A DNA stretch of 64,000 nt, from the NCBI GenBank assembly GCA_963715245.1, contig CAVQRM010000001.1, forward strand, positions 1,218,373 to 1,282,372. Direction: 5' to 3'. Origin of the DNA: an uncultured Chloroflexia bacterium. GTDB lineage: Bacteria > Chloroflexota > Limnocylindria > Limnocylindrales > CSP1-4. The position numbers and the translations under genes were made by a program. How positions within the stretch are numbered: position 1 is the stretch's first letter; each line of letters begins with the position of its first letter. The notes below the pieces were generated by a model. The model ran no database searches. It was not told the DNA's origin and was given only the letters and a program-made list of their open reading frames with translations. Below, piece by piece: positions 16,628-25,835 of the stretch.

Positions 16628-19434
16628 GGTGCGGGGACCGCCTCGGAGCTCGGCGCGGGCGTCGGCGGCGCCGTGGGGGTGGGCGTCGGCGGCGCCGTGG
16701 GGGTGGGCGTCGGCGGCGCCGTGGGGGTGGGCGTCGGCGGCGCCGTGGGCGGCGGCGTCTCGGCCGGGACGCTCTCGGACGGGACATCGGACGGACTCTC
16801 GGAGGGTGACGGGCACACGACCGGGGTCGCGAGCGGGTCAACCGATGCGAGCGGGTCCGGCGAGAAGAGCGGGTCGCACGGGTCAAGCGATTCGGACGGG
16901 CTGGGGCTGGGTGACGCGCAGCCGTCGCCGTCACCGACGAGCGGCCCCCACGAGCGCCCGTACGGGTTGAACGAGCCGTTGAAGAAGTATGCCGTCCGGG
17001 TGTTCTCGGGACCGCCGCGTACCCCGGCACCGCGTTCGGCGCGCGCAAGCCAGCCCTCGTTCGCGGCCATCCACGACGCGTGCTGGGCCTCGAAACCGGC
17101 GACCTGGAGCACCGCCTGACCGCAGCGCGCGTTCTCCGGCACGATGGCCGTCGCCTCGGTGCCGGCCAGGAACAGCTCGTCGACGGACTCGCCGCCCGGG
17201 TTGGGCCGGAGCCCGGTCCACGGGTCGACCGCCATCGTCACGAGGCCCTCCCCGGGACGCCGGAAGGCATTGATGCTCCAGCCCTCGGTCGCCTCCTGGA
17301 GGAACCCCTGCCAGACGTGGGTCGTGACATCGATCGAGAACAGCGGGGCCTGCGGCGTGCTCACGAGCGAGTTGTCCGAGTTGCCGTTCCATGCCCCCAC
17401 GGCCAGCGCGTACTCGCCGTCCTCGCGCTCGGCACGGCTGGGCGCCCCGATGAAGCCGTACGCATTGAGGTCCTTCGCGTCGTTGTTCGTGCCAGTCTTG
17501 AGCGTCGCGGGGCGGCGCTTCCCGTCGTCGGTGATGCGGAACCGACCCCAGAACGGGTTGATCGACGGGTTGGTGTTGCCGGCGAGGACGTTGGTCACGA
17601 TGAACGCCGCCGCCGGGTCGAGGACCTGCTCGGGCTCGGCCCGGTCCTCCTCGGTCAGGACCGCCTCCCCATTCGAGGCGGTCACGGTGATGATCGTCGT
17701 CTGGTCCGCGAGCTTGCCGCCATCGCCCAGCACGCCGTACGACCGGATCAGGTCGAGTGCCCGGACCTCCTCGACCCCCAGCGCGAACGAGAGCGGCGCG
17801 TCGACCACGCCGTCGCGGAACACGATCCCCATCGCCTCCGCCGTCGCCTGGATCGTGTCGTTGCCGATGACCTGGGCCGCCTTGACCGCCGGGATGTTCA
17901 GCGAGAACTGGAGCGCGTTGCGCATCCGGACGGGTCCGCGCTCGAGGTTGTCGGCGTCGGTGGGGGTGTACCCGCCACCGAAGTCCGTGACCACGTCCAT
18001 GAACATCGACGCGGCGGTGATCGCTCGTGCGTCGATGCCCGCGCCGTAGACGATCGGCTTGAACGTTGATCCCGGCTGCCGCCAGCCGTCCGCGATGACG
18101 TCGAACCGGGGCTGGAACTGCTTCGTCGCCTTCGTCGCGTTCGCGTTCGCCGAGCCGACGTACGCGACGAGCTCGCCGGTCTGGTAGTCCATCGCCACGA
18201 GCGCGCCGTTGCGGAGGTCCTTCGTGCGCAGGTTCCGCATCCACGGCTCGTACTCGAGGCCGAGGGCCTCGGCACGGGCTCGCGGGTTCCGCGCCTGGGG
18301 CACGATCACCGCCGCCTGGACCCACTTCTCGGCGATCCCCTGGAGCCGCCAGTCGAGCGTGGTCGTGATGTCGAGGCCGCCGCGCTCGAGGATCGGACAG
18401 GTCTCGGCATCCCCGCCGCACAGGCGGGCCGTCAGCTCCCGCCGGACCTGCCACACGAAGTGGCTCGCCTTCCAGCGGATCTCCACCTGGGGTGCCAGGA
18501 CCACCCGCTCGGCCTTCGCGGCCTCGAAGTCGGCGGCCGAGAACTCGTCAGCGGTGAGCGGGGTGCGGCCTTTCGCCATCTGGTCGAGGACGAGGTTCCG
18601 GCGCTGGACGATCCTGGAGTCCTCGGGGACGACGAGCTGTGACTTCGCGCACGTGTCCTCCTCCTCGCCCGGCTCCAGGCACTCCTCGACGGCGTTGCGG
18701 ACAAGGTCGTACGTCGAGGGCGACTGCGGCAGCGCGGCGATGATCGCGGCCTCGGCGAGGGTCAGCTCCGCGAGTTCCTTGCCGAAGTACGCCTCGGCCG
18801 CCGCCGCGACCCCGTAGGACTCGTTGCCGTAGTAGTTCTGATTGAGGTACGCGGCCATGATCCGCTGCTTGCCCTCCTCGCCGGGGAAGGCCTGGGTGAC
18901 GCGGATCGACTGGATGATCTCCTTGAGCTTGCGGGCGGCCGTGACCTCCGTCTGGGCCTCGCCGTCGACCGTCAGCAGGCGCTGGCGGACGAGCTGCTGG
19001 GTGATCGTGGAGGCGCCGCGCGGACGGCCGCGGATCGCATCCACGCCCGCGGCGGCGATGCCGATCGGGTCGAAGCCGGCGTTCTCCCAGAACGAGGCGT
19101 CCTCGATGGCGGTGGTGGCATCGACGAGGACCGGCGGGATCTCGTCGAAGGTGACGACCTCGCGGTTGAACTCGCCGAAGCGCGCGAGCTCCACCTCGTG
19201 CGCCCGGTCCCAGACGATGGACTGCTCCGGGAGCACGATCTCCTCGAGCATCGCCGGACTGGGCAGGCTGCGGCTGAGTGAGGCAAACCCCGCGACGGCC
19301 ACGCCGGCGCCGACGATCCCGAGGACGAGGAGCGCGGCGAACAGGACGAGCCCCATCCGGGCGGCGGCACCCATCCCCTGGCGGTGACGGGGGTTGCGCG
19401 GGGCGGCGGCGGACGGTCGGGCGGTGGAGGTCAT
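16624..19434 (-). CDS. class A penicillin-binding protein (transglycosylase + transpeptidase) with Pro/Thr-repeat tail
   Basis: ATG 19434 (MTSTARPSAAAP..) followed by a TM anchor. GT51 motifs AIEDASFWEN, RGASTITQQLVR. Transpeptidase motifs STFKP, SLN, KTGT. C-terminal (PTPTAPPT)n. Its stop overlaps the convergent LLM stop. Confidence 0.95.
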   Translation of the reverse strand: MTSTARPSAAAPRNPRHRQGMGAAARMGLVLFAALLVLGIVGAGVAVAGFASLSRSLPSPAMLEEIVLPEQSIVWDRAHEVELARFGEFNREVVTFDEIPPVLVDATTAIEDASFWENAGFDPIGIAAAGVDAIRGRPRGASTITQQLVRQRLLTVDGEAQTEVTAARKLKEIIQSIRVTQAFPGEEGKQRIMAAYLNQNYYGNESYGVAAAAEAYFGKELAELTLAEAAIIAALPQSPSTYDLVRNAVEECLEPGEEEDTCAKSQLVVPEDSRIVQRRNLVLDQMAKGRTPLTADEFSAADFEAAKAERVVLAPQVEIRWKASHFVWQVRRELTARLCGGDAETCPILERGGLDITTTLDWRLQGIAEKWVQAAVIVPQARNPRARAEALGLEYEPWMRNLRTKDLRNGALVAMDYQTGELVAYVGSANANATKATKQFQPRFDVIADGWRQPGSTFKPIVYGAGIDARAITAASMFMDVVTDFGGGYTPTDADNLERGPVRMRNALQFSLNIPAVKAAQVIGNDTIQATAEAMGIVFRDGVVDAPLSFALGVEEVRALDLIRSYGVLGDGGKLADQTTIITVTASNGEAVLTEEDRAEPEQVLDPAAAFIVTNVLAGNTNPSINPFWGRFRITDDGKRRPATLKTGTNNDAKDLNAYGFIGAPSRAEREDGEYALAVGAWNGNSDNSLVSTPQAPLFSIDVTTHVWQGFLQEATEGWSINAFRRPGEGLVTMAVDPWTGLRPNPGGESVDELFLAGTEATAIVPENARCGQAVLQVAGFEAQHASWMAANEGWLARAERGAGVRGGPENTRTAYFFNGSFNPYGRSWGPLVGDGDGCASPSPSPSESLDPCDPLFSPDPLASVDPLATPVVCPSPSESPSDVPSESVPAETPPPTAPPTPTPTAPPTPTPTAPPTPTPTAPPTPAPSSEAVPAP
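16657..16749. repeat. 24-bp tandem repeat (about 3.9 copies) encoding the PT-rich tail of the PBP
   Basis: Unit gggcgtcggcggcgccgtgggggt is repeated perfectly at 16657, 16681 and 16705. A partial fourth copy starts at 16729. Confidence 0.9.
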
Positions 19435-19564
19435 CGGGTGGAAGTCTGCCCGTCGGGGCGTGATCGTGCCATGGCGGGAACCTTGCGGGTGTGGGGGATG
19501 GGCTTGCAGTGCGACGCGTCGACCGCGCGCCGTGTGGCCGCGATGTCCGGATATTCGCCGGATC

Positions 19565-20575
19565 TCAACCGCCGGCCCCGTGCCACAGGTCGTCCCAGCG
19601 CGCCGCCTCCCGGAGGTGGGCGACGGCATTCTCGAAGACCCGCGAGGCGTCCACCAGCGCCTCGTGGGCCTCACGGGGCGTGACGATCCGGAACGCCATA
19701 GGCTGCCCTGGCGCCGCCTGACCGAGGCGCGGCAGGTCAGCGGTGATGACGGTGGCGATCACCGGATACCCGCCGGTGGGCTGGTGGTCCACGAGGAGCA
19801 CGATCGGCGCGCCGCCCGGCGGGAGCTGGATCGCACCAACCACCACCCCGTGCGAGGCGAGCTCGCCCTGCTTGCCAGCCGCCAGCCTCGTGCCTTCGAG
19901 CCGGATCCCGACCCGGTCGCTGTGCGGACTCACCGTCCATGGCGTGCGTGCCAGCGCCGCGACGAGCGGACCCCGGGGATCGACGAGGTGGGGACCAGCG
20001 ATGACACGGATCGGGCCCGTGGAGGGGATCGGCGGACCGGACCACCGCGCCGGGGGCGGGTTGAGACCGGCGTCGGCGGCCATGGCGGCGACCCGGTCTC
20101 CGGCGACGAGGCCACGCCCCTCGAACCCCCCGAACCCTGCGCCAAGCGCGGTCGACCGCGAGCCGAGCACGGGCGGGACGGCGACGCCCCCCGGGATGGC
20201 GAGATACCCCCGGGCGCCGCCGTCGGCCGCTCCGAACGCGAGCGTCCAGCCGGCGCGAAGTCGCACGGACGAGCCCGGCGCGACGTGGTCGCCGGTCTCG
20301 GCGATCGTGGCCGCGATGGCACCCGCGATGCCGACCGTCACCGGGCGCAGCGCGCGGACCGTCGGCCCGAGGAGGGTGAGCTCGAGCGCGGCGGCCGACG
20401 CCTCGTTGCCCACGAGCACGTTGGCGACCGCGAGGGACCACGGATCGGCGGCACCGCCACGCGTGACGCCCTCGGCCGCGAGGCCCGGCCGGCCAGCGTC
20501 CTGGACCGTGGTCAGGACCCCCGGGTCGATGACCTCGAGGACCGCCGGGCCACGGGCCGCCTCGCGGGTCGTCAT
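19565..20575 (-). CDS. pxpC: 5-oxoprolinase subunit C (biotin-independent carboxyltransferase/KipA-like)
   Basis: ATG 20575 (MTTREAARGPAVLEVIDPGVLTTVQDAGRPG..). GGAADPWSLAVANVLVGN...YLAIPGG...SRSTALGAGFGG...PHSDRVGIRLEG...QPTGGYP. The track ORF is extended by 384 junk codons. Confidence 0.9.
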   Translation of the reverse strand: MTTREAARGPAVLEVIDPGVLTTVQDAGRPGLAAEGVTRGGAADPWSLAVANVLVGNEASAAALELTLLGPTVRALRPVTVGIAGAIAATIAETGDHVAPGSSVRLRAGWTLAFGAADGGARGYLAIPGGVAVPPVLGSRSTALGAGFGGFEGRGLVAGDRVAAMAADAGLNPPPARWSGPPIPSTGPIRVIAGPHLVDPRGPLVAALARTPWTVSPHSDRVGIRLEGTRLAAGKQGELASHGVVVGAIQLPPGGAPIVLLVDHQPTGGYPVIATVITADLPRLGQAAPGQPMAFRIVTPREAHEALVDASRVFENAVAHLREAARWDDLWHGAGG

Positions 20576-21243
20576 GCGGGCTCGAAGCGGACGCGGTCGC
20601 CCGGCCGGAGACGCGCCGGCGGGGACGCGGCCGGGTCGAACAGGCGCGCGTCGGTCCTGCCCAGCAGCCGCCAGCCGCCCGCGGAGGCGTGCGGGTACGC
20701 GGCGGTCATCGCGCCCGCGATGGCGACGGAGCCCGCCGGGACGCGGGTGCGAGGGGTCGCCAGCCGGGGGACGACGAGCCGCGCCGGCAGCTCGCCGAGA
20801 TACGCGAACCCGGGCGCGAAGCCGATGAACAGGACCTCGTACGTCGTGCCCGCGTGGAGCGCGATCACGTCGTCGGGGGCAAGGCCGGTCTCGTCGGCGA
20901 CGGCCTCGAGGTCCGGGCCATCGTCCCCGCCGTAGCGCACGCGAAGGACGTGCTCCACGCCGGCTTGTCCGGGAGCCGGGCAGGCCTCGTCGTCGGCGAG
21001 CAGCCGGGTCAGCAGCGCGGCGACCGCATCGACGTCCGTCGCAAGCGGGTCGAACGGCACGAGCACGCTTGCCGCCGCCGGGACCGGGATGCCAAGGCCC
21101 GCCGCGGGCGAACCCGGGCCGCGCAGGGTCGCGACGGCGCGCGCGAGGGCCCTCGACCGCCGCGCGTTGGCGGCCGTCACGACCGTGTCCAGCTCCACCA
21201 GCACGGCCGCATCGCCGAACGGGAGGATGCGCGCCGTCGTCAC
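20572..21243 (-). CDS. pxpB: 5-oxoprolinase subunit B (KipI-like)
   Basis: GTG 21243. ILPFGDAAVLVEL...VLVPFDP...YEVLFIGFAPGFAYLGELP...PRTRVPAGSVAIAG..TAAYP..SAGGWRLLGRT. ATGA overlap with pxpC. Confidence 0.9.
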   Translation of the reverse strand: MTTARILPFGDAAVLVELDTVVTAANARRSRALARAVATLRGPGSPAAGLGIPVPAAASVLVPFDPLATDVDAVAALLTRLLADDEACPAPGQAGVEHVLRVRYGGDDGPDLEAVADETGLAPDDVIALHAGTTYEVLFIGFAPGFAYLGELPARLVVPRLATPRTRVPAGSVAIAGAMTAAYPHASAGGWRLLGRTDARLFDPAASPPARLRPGDRVRFEPA

Positions 21244-21602
21244 GGGGCGTGCTCCAGGCAGACGGGCGTACCGGCCAGGCCGGGCCGGCAGAAGACCTCG
21301 ATCTCCTCGGCAGACCCGTCGACAAACGCGAACCGCACGACCGCGACGAGGCGCTGGCTGCGAAGCGTGGTCCGGTCCGCCTGCGATCCCATCCGGACAT
21401 CGACGCCGATGACCGGGGGAGCGTCCGGTGGCATCCGCCCGGCCGCGTCGGCGACGATCGCCCGGCAGCGGAGCTCACCCACCCCCTGGGCTCGACACGA
21501 GCCGCGCGCCGCGGCTGCCGGGTCCGCACAGCCGCCGATGGCGACGGCGAGCGGGAGGAGCGCGAGCAGCAGGCGCACCGTCGCGCGGGTCCACACGCGC
21601 AT
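21240..21602 (-). CDS. Cys-containing lipoprotein (120 aa) embedded in the pxp operon
   Basis: ATG 21602. MRVWTRATVRLLLALLPLAVAIGGC is a lipobox signal peptide. The mature part has 4 further Cys. GTGA overlap with the pxpB start, and 28 nt after the pxpA stop. Confidence 0.6.
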   Translation of the reverse strand: MRVWTRATVRLLLALLPLAVAIGGCADPAAAARGSCRAQGVGELRCRAIVADAAGRMPPDAPPVIGVDVRMGSQADRTTLRSQRLVAVVRFAFVDGSAEEIEVFCRPGLAGTPVCLEHAP

Positions 21603-21630
21603 CGGTGATCGCCGGTCACGGCCTCGCACG

Positions 21631-22383
21631 TCAGCGCAGCGGGCGGATCTCGACGCCCGCCGCACGCAGCGCGTTGCGCACCGCCCCGGCCCGGGCGGCG
21701 GCGCCCGCCCGCTCGCCGTGGACGCACAGGGTGTCGGCGCGGACCGAGATCGTCGTGCCGTCGATAGCGCGCACCGTGCCCGCCGCGATGGCGACCGCCT
21801 GGGCGGCGACGGCGTCGGGATCGTCGAGCACGGCGCCCGGCAGGTCACGGGCTCGAAGGCTCCCGTCCGCCTCGTACCCGCGGTCCGCGAAGGCCTCCTC
21901 GGCCGTCACGAGGCCGGCCTCACGCCCCGCCGTCACGAGCGCCGACCCAGCGAGGCCCACGAGCACGAGCGAGGCGTCGAACCGGCGGACGGCCCGCGCG
22001 ATGGCCGCGGCCGCCGCCGTGTCCCGAGCCGCGCGGTTGTAGAGGGCGCCGTGGGCCTTGACGTGCCGCAGCTCCACGCCTGCCGCGTGTGCGAACGCCG
22101 CCACCGCGCCGACCTGGTACAGGACCGACGCCTCGATCTCGGCCGGCGAGAGGGCCATCGCCCGCCGCCCGAAGCCCACGATGTCGGGGTAGCCCGGGTG
22201 CGCGCCGACCGCGACGCCGTGCGTGGCCGCGATCGCGATCGTGCGCTCGATGACCAGAGGGTCACCCGCGTGCAGCCCGGCCGCCACGCTCACGGACGAG
22301 ACGAGCGGGATGAGCGCCTCGTCCTCGCCGAGCGACCAGGCACCCAGGGACTCGCCGACATCCGCGTTCAGGTCGATCCGCAC
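21631..22383 (-). CDS. pxpA: 5-oxoprolinase subunit A (LamB/YcsF)
   Basis: GTG 22383. RIDLNADVGES...GLHAGDP...AHPGYPD..GFGRR...HVKAHGALYN...ADRGY..DGSL is the LamB/YcsF signature. Confidence 0.9.
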   Translation of the reverse strand: MRIDLNADVGESLGAWSLGEDEALIPLVSSVSVAAGLHAGDPLVIERTIAIAATHGVAVGAHPGYPDIVGFGRRAMALSPAEIEASVLYQVGAVAAFAHAAGVELRHVKAHGALYNRAARDTAAAAAIARAVRRFDASLVLVGLAGSALVTAGREAGLVTAEEAFADRGYEADGSLRARDLPGAVLDDPDAVAAQAVAIAAGTVRAIDGTTISVRADTLCVHGERAGAAARAGAVRNALRAAGVEIRPLR

Positions 22384-22433
22384 GTCGCGATCCTACGCCG
22401 CCGCGCGACGGCCCGGCACCGCCACGCGCCGGA

Positions 22434-24338
22434 TCACCTCGAGGGCGCGAGGTCCACGGCGCACCGGAGCAGCTCCGCGACACCCCAAGCCTGCCACGGA
22501 CAGCCGCGTCCGGCATGCGGGGGCTCGGGCTCCAGCAGCTCCGGGATCGCGCCCGTGCGGGCCGGGTCGAGGGCATCGACGGCGGCGGCCAGCTCGACCC
22601 GCGCGGCGTCCCGGCCACGGTGGTTCGCGACGGCCGTGATCCATGGTCCGAGCAACCACGTCCACGCCGGTCCCTGGTGATAGGCGGAATCGCGGAAGGC
22701 CGGCGGGCCCTGGAAGGCCGGCCGGTACCCGCGCTCGAACGGCGCCAGGGTCCTCACCCCGCCGGGGACGACGAGGTGACGTCCGACGGCATCGAGCACG
22801 GAGGACGCCGCCGCGGGGTCCACGAGATCGTCGATCAGGCTCAGGGCGAGCAGCTGGTTCGGACGGAGCGAGTCGTCGTCGCCATCCGGCCCGTCGACGA
22901 CGTCGCGCAGCCAGCCGCGGCCGGCATCCTCGTAGCGGGCGCGGAACGCGGTCCGCGCCCGAGCGGCCGCCGCGCGATGGGCGACGGCCGTAGCGGCATC
23001 GCCGGCGGCATCGGCCCAGCCAGCCGCGAGGCCGAGTGCCTCGATCCACAGGGCCTGGATCTCGACGGGCTTCCCGTGACGCGGGGTGATCACGACACCG
23101 TCGACCTTCGCGTCCATCCAGGTCAGCTGCAGGCCGGGAGCCCCGCCGCGGATCAGCCCATCCGCCGGGTCCATCCCGATGCCGAAGCGGGTCCCGTCCC
23201 GGTAGCGGGTCACGATCTCCTGGACCGCCGGCCGCAGATCATGCGCCAACGTCCCGTCGCCGGTCGCGCGCTCGTAGGCGCCGAGGGCATGGACGAACCA
23301 CAGGGGGGCGTCGATCGCGTGGTAGGCGGGCTCGCCACCACCGGCCTCGGGGAAGTGGTTGGGAAGGAGCCCGTCACGGACGAGGCCCGCCCAGGTGCGG
23401 AGGATGCGACGCGCCTCCGCATGGCGTCCGGTCGCAAGCGCCAGGCCGGGCAGCGAGATCATCGTGTCGCGGCCCCAGTCCCCGAACCACGGGTAGCCCG
23501 CGATCACCGTGACACCCTCGCCCGGCTCCGTGCTTGTCGGATCGGGACGGCGGACGAGGAACCGGTCCGCGGCGAGGACGAGCGAGGACACGACGCGGTC
23601 GGTCGCGGCCCGCGGGCCTGCGGTCTCGATCAGGGTGCGATCACGCGCCGCGTGCCCGGAGGCAAGGACCGGGAAGCCGGCTGGGTGGGGGAGCGGGTCC
23701 CGGGATCCAGCCTCGGTGCCCAGGACGGCGGTGATGCTCTCACCCCGCTCGAGCTCGACGGTGATCATGAGCGCGTCGTGGAGGGTCTCGTCGGGGGCAG
23801 TACCGCGCGCCGACTCCTCGGGGTAGTGGACCGTGATGGCGCGCGCGGTGCGGACGATCCTGCCCCGGTCGATCGCGACCCGGAGCTCCGGGACGTCGCC
23901 CGGCCAGGTGACCGTCGCGGCGCGGCCGTCAGCTTCGATCGTCACGCGGGCGGGCGGCTGCACCGTCGCGCCCGGGTGGTGGTCACGCCCGGCGAGATGC
24001 GGCGTCAGCCTGAGCTCGCTCGGGCCATCCGCGTTGTCCTCGCGCGTCCAGCGCAGGGCGATCGCGTTGACGCCTGGTGGAAGCTCGGCATCGAGGCGGA
24101 CGCGGATCGCATCCCGGGCGGCGACGCCCGGCGCCAGCGCGATCTCGTCGAGTCTCGCCTCGGTCCCGCCGGTGACGAGCACGGCCTCGATCGCGCCAAC
24201 GAGCAGCACGCGCCCGTCCGGGGGCCGGGTCGCGGCGATGAGCCAGCCGTGGTAGCCGCGGGTCGGGGGTCCGGTCCGCGGCCCGAGCGCGTAGCCGCCG
24301 AGCCCGTTGGCCAGCAGCCACTCGCCGCCGGTGGTCAC
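22434..24338 (-). CDS. glycogen debranching enzyme family protein (amylo-alpha-1,6-glucosidase)
   Basis: GTG 24338 forms a GTGA overlap with the NUDIX stop. EWLLANGLGGYA...TRGYHGWL (N-terminal GDE domain). GYPWFGDWGRDTMISLPGL, LLPNHFPE, LTWMDAKV, RPNQLLALSL, YHQGPAWTWLLGP (GH133-type catalytic domain). Confidence 0.9.
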   Translation of the reverse strand: MTTGGEWLLANGLGGYALGPRTGPPTRGYHGWLIAATRPPDGRVLLVGAIEAVLVTGGTEARLDEIALAPGVAARDAIRVRLDAELPPGVNAIALRWTREDNADGPSELRLTPHLAGRDHHPGATVQPPARVTIEADGRAATVTWPGDVPELRVAIDRGRIVRTARAITVHYPEESARGTAPDETLHDALMITVELERGESITAVLGTEAGSRDPLPHPAGFPVLASGHAARDRTLIETAGPRAATDRVVSSLVLAADRFLVRRPDPTSTEPGEGVTVIAGYPWFGDWGRDTMISLPGLALATGRHAEARRILRTWAGLVRDGLLPNHFPEAGGGEPAYHAIDAPLWFVHALGAYERATGDGTLAHDLRPAVQEIVTRYRDGTRFGIGMDPADGLIRGGAPGLQLTWMDAKVDGVVITPRHGKPVEIQALWIEALGLAAGWADAAGDAATAVAHRAAAARARTAFRARYEDAGRGWLRDVVDGPDGDDDSLRPNQLLALSLIDDLVDPAAASSVLDAVGRHLVVPGGVRTLAPFERGYRPAFQGPPAFRDSAYHQGPAWTWLLGPWITAVANHRGRDAARVELAAAVDALDPARTGAIPELLEPEPPHAGRGCPWQAWGVAELLRCAVDLAPSR

Positions 24339-24811
24339 GGGGAAGGGATGTGGGCCAGGGCCTGGAGCAGCCGATCCACGAACGTCGCCTGGGCGGGGTT
24401 GAGACGACGACGTGCCTCGCCCGGACGCACCCAGGCCACGCGGTCGATCTCGGGGACGGTCACCGTCCGGCCGGACTTCGGTGGCCACTCCACCTGGACG
24501 AGCATGCTCCGGATCGCCGACGGGTCGAGGTCGCCCTCGACGCCGAAGCCGCGCACGACCTTGCCCGACCGCATCCGGACCTCGCCCAGGTCGATCGCGG
24601 GTCCGCCGGGGGCCGCGTGGCCGGTCTCCTCGAGGAACTCGCGGTAGGCCGCCTCGAGCGCCGACTCGCCCTCGTCGATGGCACCCTTCGGGAGCGACCA
24701 GGCGCCGGAGTCGCGGCGAGCCCAGATCGGGCCACCGGGGTGGGCGACAAGCACCTCGACCCCGTCATCGACGCGGCGGAACAGCAGGAGTCCGGCGGAC
24801 AGCTTGGGCAT
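24335..24811 (-). CDS. NUDIX hydrolase
   Basis: ATG 24811 (MPKLSAGLLLFRR). Nudix box-like GAIDEGESALEAAYREFLEETG. Confidence 0.85.
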   Translation of the reverse strand: MPKLSAGLLLFRRVDDGVEVLVAHPGGPIWARRDSGAWSLPKGAIDEGESALEAAYREFLEETGHAAPGGPAIDLGEVRMRSGKVVRGFGVEGDLDPSAIRSMLVQVEWPPKSGRTVTVPEIDRVAWVRPGEARRRLNPAQATFVDRLLQALAHIPSP

Positions 24812-25064
24812 TGGCTCGGTCCGGAACGCGGCGCACACGAAAGCGCCCGAAGGAACCGTACCGTACCGTCACGCCCACGCCACTGCCAAGCAAGCTCGGC
24901 CTTGTCGCAGCGGCCCCGGCACCATCCACCTCGCCGGCCTTGCGGCCTCGTCGGCGGCGGTTCGGGGACCCGGTCCGATGATTGCTCACCGGTCCGGCGT
25001 CGGTACCACCGGCCCCTTCGGGCAAACCGAACGATATCCCGCGCCCAGGTGGGCAACAACGGGC

Positions 25065-25138
25065 TTGTCCACGAATGTCGTCATCGGCCGCGGAAAGTTG
25101 TCCACGATTCGGCGTGATCGTGGACAACTTGTGGACAA
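25065..25138. promoter_or_regulatory. cluster of four DnaA-box-like 9-mers (TTGTCCACR), two within a perfect 14-bp inverted repeat
   Basis: TTGTCCACG at 25065-25073 and 25098-25106 (forward). CGTGGACAA at 25119-25127 and TGTGGACAA at 25130-25138 (reverse complements; the last equals TTGTCCACA). The inverted repeat is AAGTTGTCCACGAT / ATCGTGGACAACTT with an 8-nt spacer. Confidence 0.5.
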
Positions 25139-25202
25139 CCCCCGTCCGTTCTGCACCCCACCAGGGGGCCATGCAGCCGTCGCGGCGACGGCTCGGTCGC
25201 CG

Positions 25203-25835
25203 CTACCCCTCGTCGGCGACGACGCCGCGAGCCGCGCCGGCCGGCGCGACCTCGTGGTGCCGGAGGCAGCGCGCCTCGTAGGTCTCGACCGCCGGGGCGT
25301 CGAACCCGCCGATGACGATCAGGGGGTCGTCGATCGCGGCGGGCCGCCCACCGACGAGGCGCTGGGTCCGCGTGGCGGTCTCGCCGCAGACCACGCAGAT
25401 GGCGCTCAACATGGTGATCTCGTCCGCGAGCGCGAGCAGCTGCGGCATCGAGCCGAAGGGCCGTCCGGCGAAGTCCGTGTTGAGCCCGCTCGCGATGACG
25501 TGGCGGCCGCTCTGGCGAAGCGTTTCGACCACCCTGGACAGCGAGTCGTCGAAGAACTGCGCCTCCTCGATGCCGACGAGGTCGACGTCCCGCTCGCGCG
25601 CGAGCGACAGGATCCGCACCGGCTCCGACTTCGGGACGAGCACCGACGGATAGCGCGCCTTCGAGCGGCTCTCCGCGTACTCGGCCGGCGTGCGGTCGTC
25701 CACGTCCGGGCGGACGAGCAGGATCCGGCGCTTCGCGATCTCGGCACGGCGCAGCAGGCGCAGCAGCTCGTCGGTCTTGCCGGACGACATGCACCCGGCG
25801 ATGACGTGGAGCCAGGGATCGGCACGGAACAGCAT
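25203..25835 (-). CDS. tdk: thymidine kinase
   Basis: P-loop VIAGCMSSGKT, IGIEEAQFFD, and zinc knuckle ICVVCGETATRTQR...YEARCLRHH. Confidence 0.95.
   Translation of the reverse strand: MLFRADPWLHVIAGCMSSGKTDELLRLLRRAEIAKRRILLVRPDVDDRTPAEYAESRSKARYPSVLVPKSEPVRILSLARERDVDLVGIEEAQFFDDSLSRVVETLRQSGRHVIASGLNTDFAGRPFGSMPQLLALADEITMLSAICVVCGETATRTQRLVGGRPAAIDDPLIVIGGFDAPAVETYEARCLRHHEVAPAGAARGVVADEG

Noticed and set aside
24839-25060. tRNA or other small structured RNA gene in the tdk-NUDIX gap.
   Set aside because: There is no GGTTCGANTCC-type T-loop and no cloverleaf that I could build. Only weak pairing is present, so it is recorded as an unassigned region only.
25065-25138. Chromosomal replication origin (oriC).
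   Set aside because: There is no dnaA, dnaN or rpmH nearby, only four boxes, and no AT-rich unwinding element. I kept it as a DnaA-box cluster of unknown role instead.
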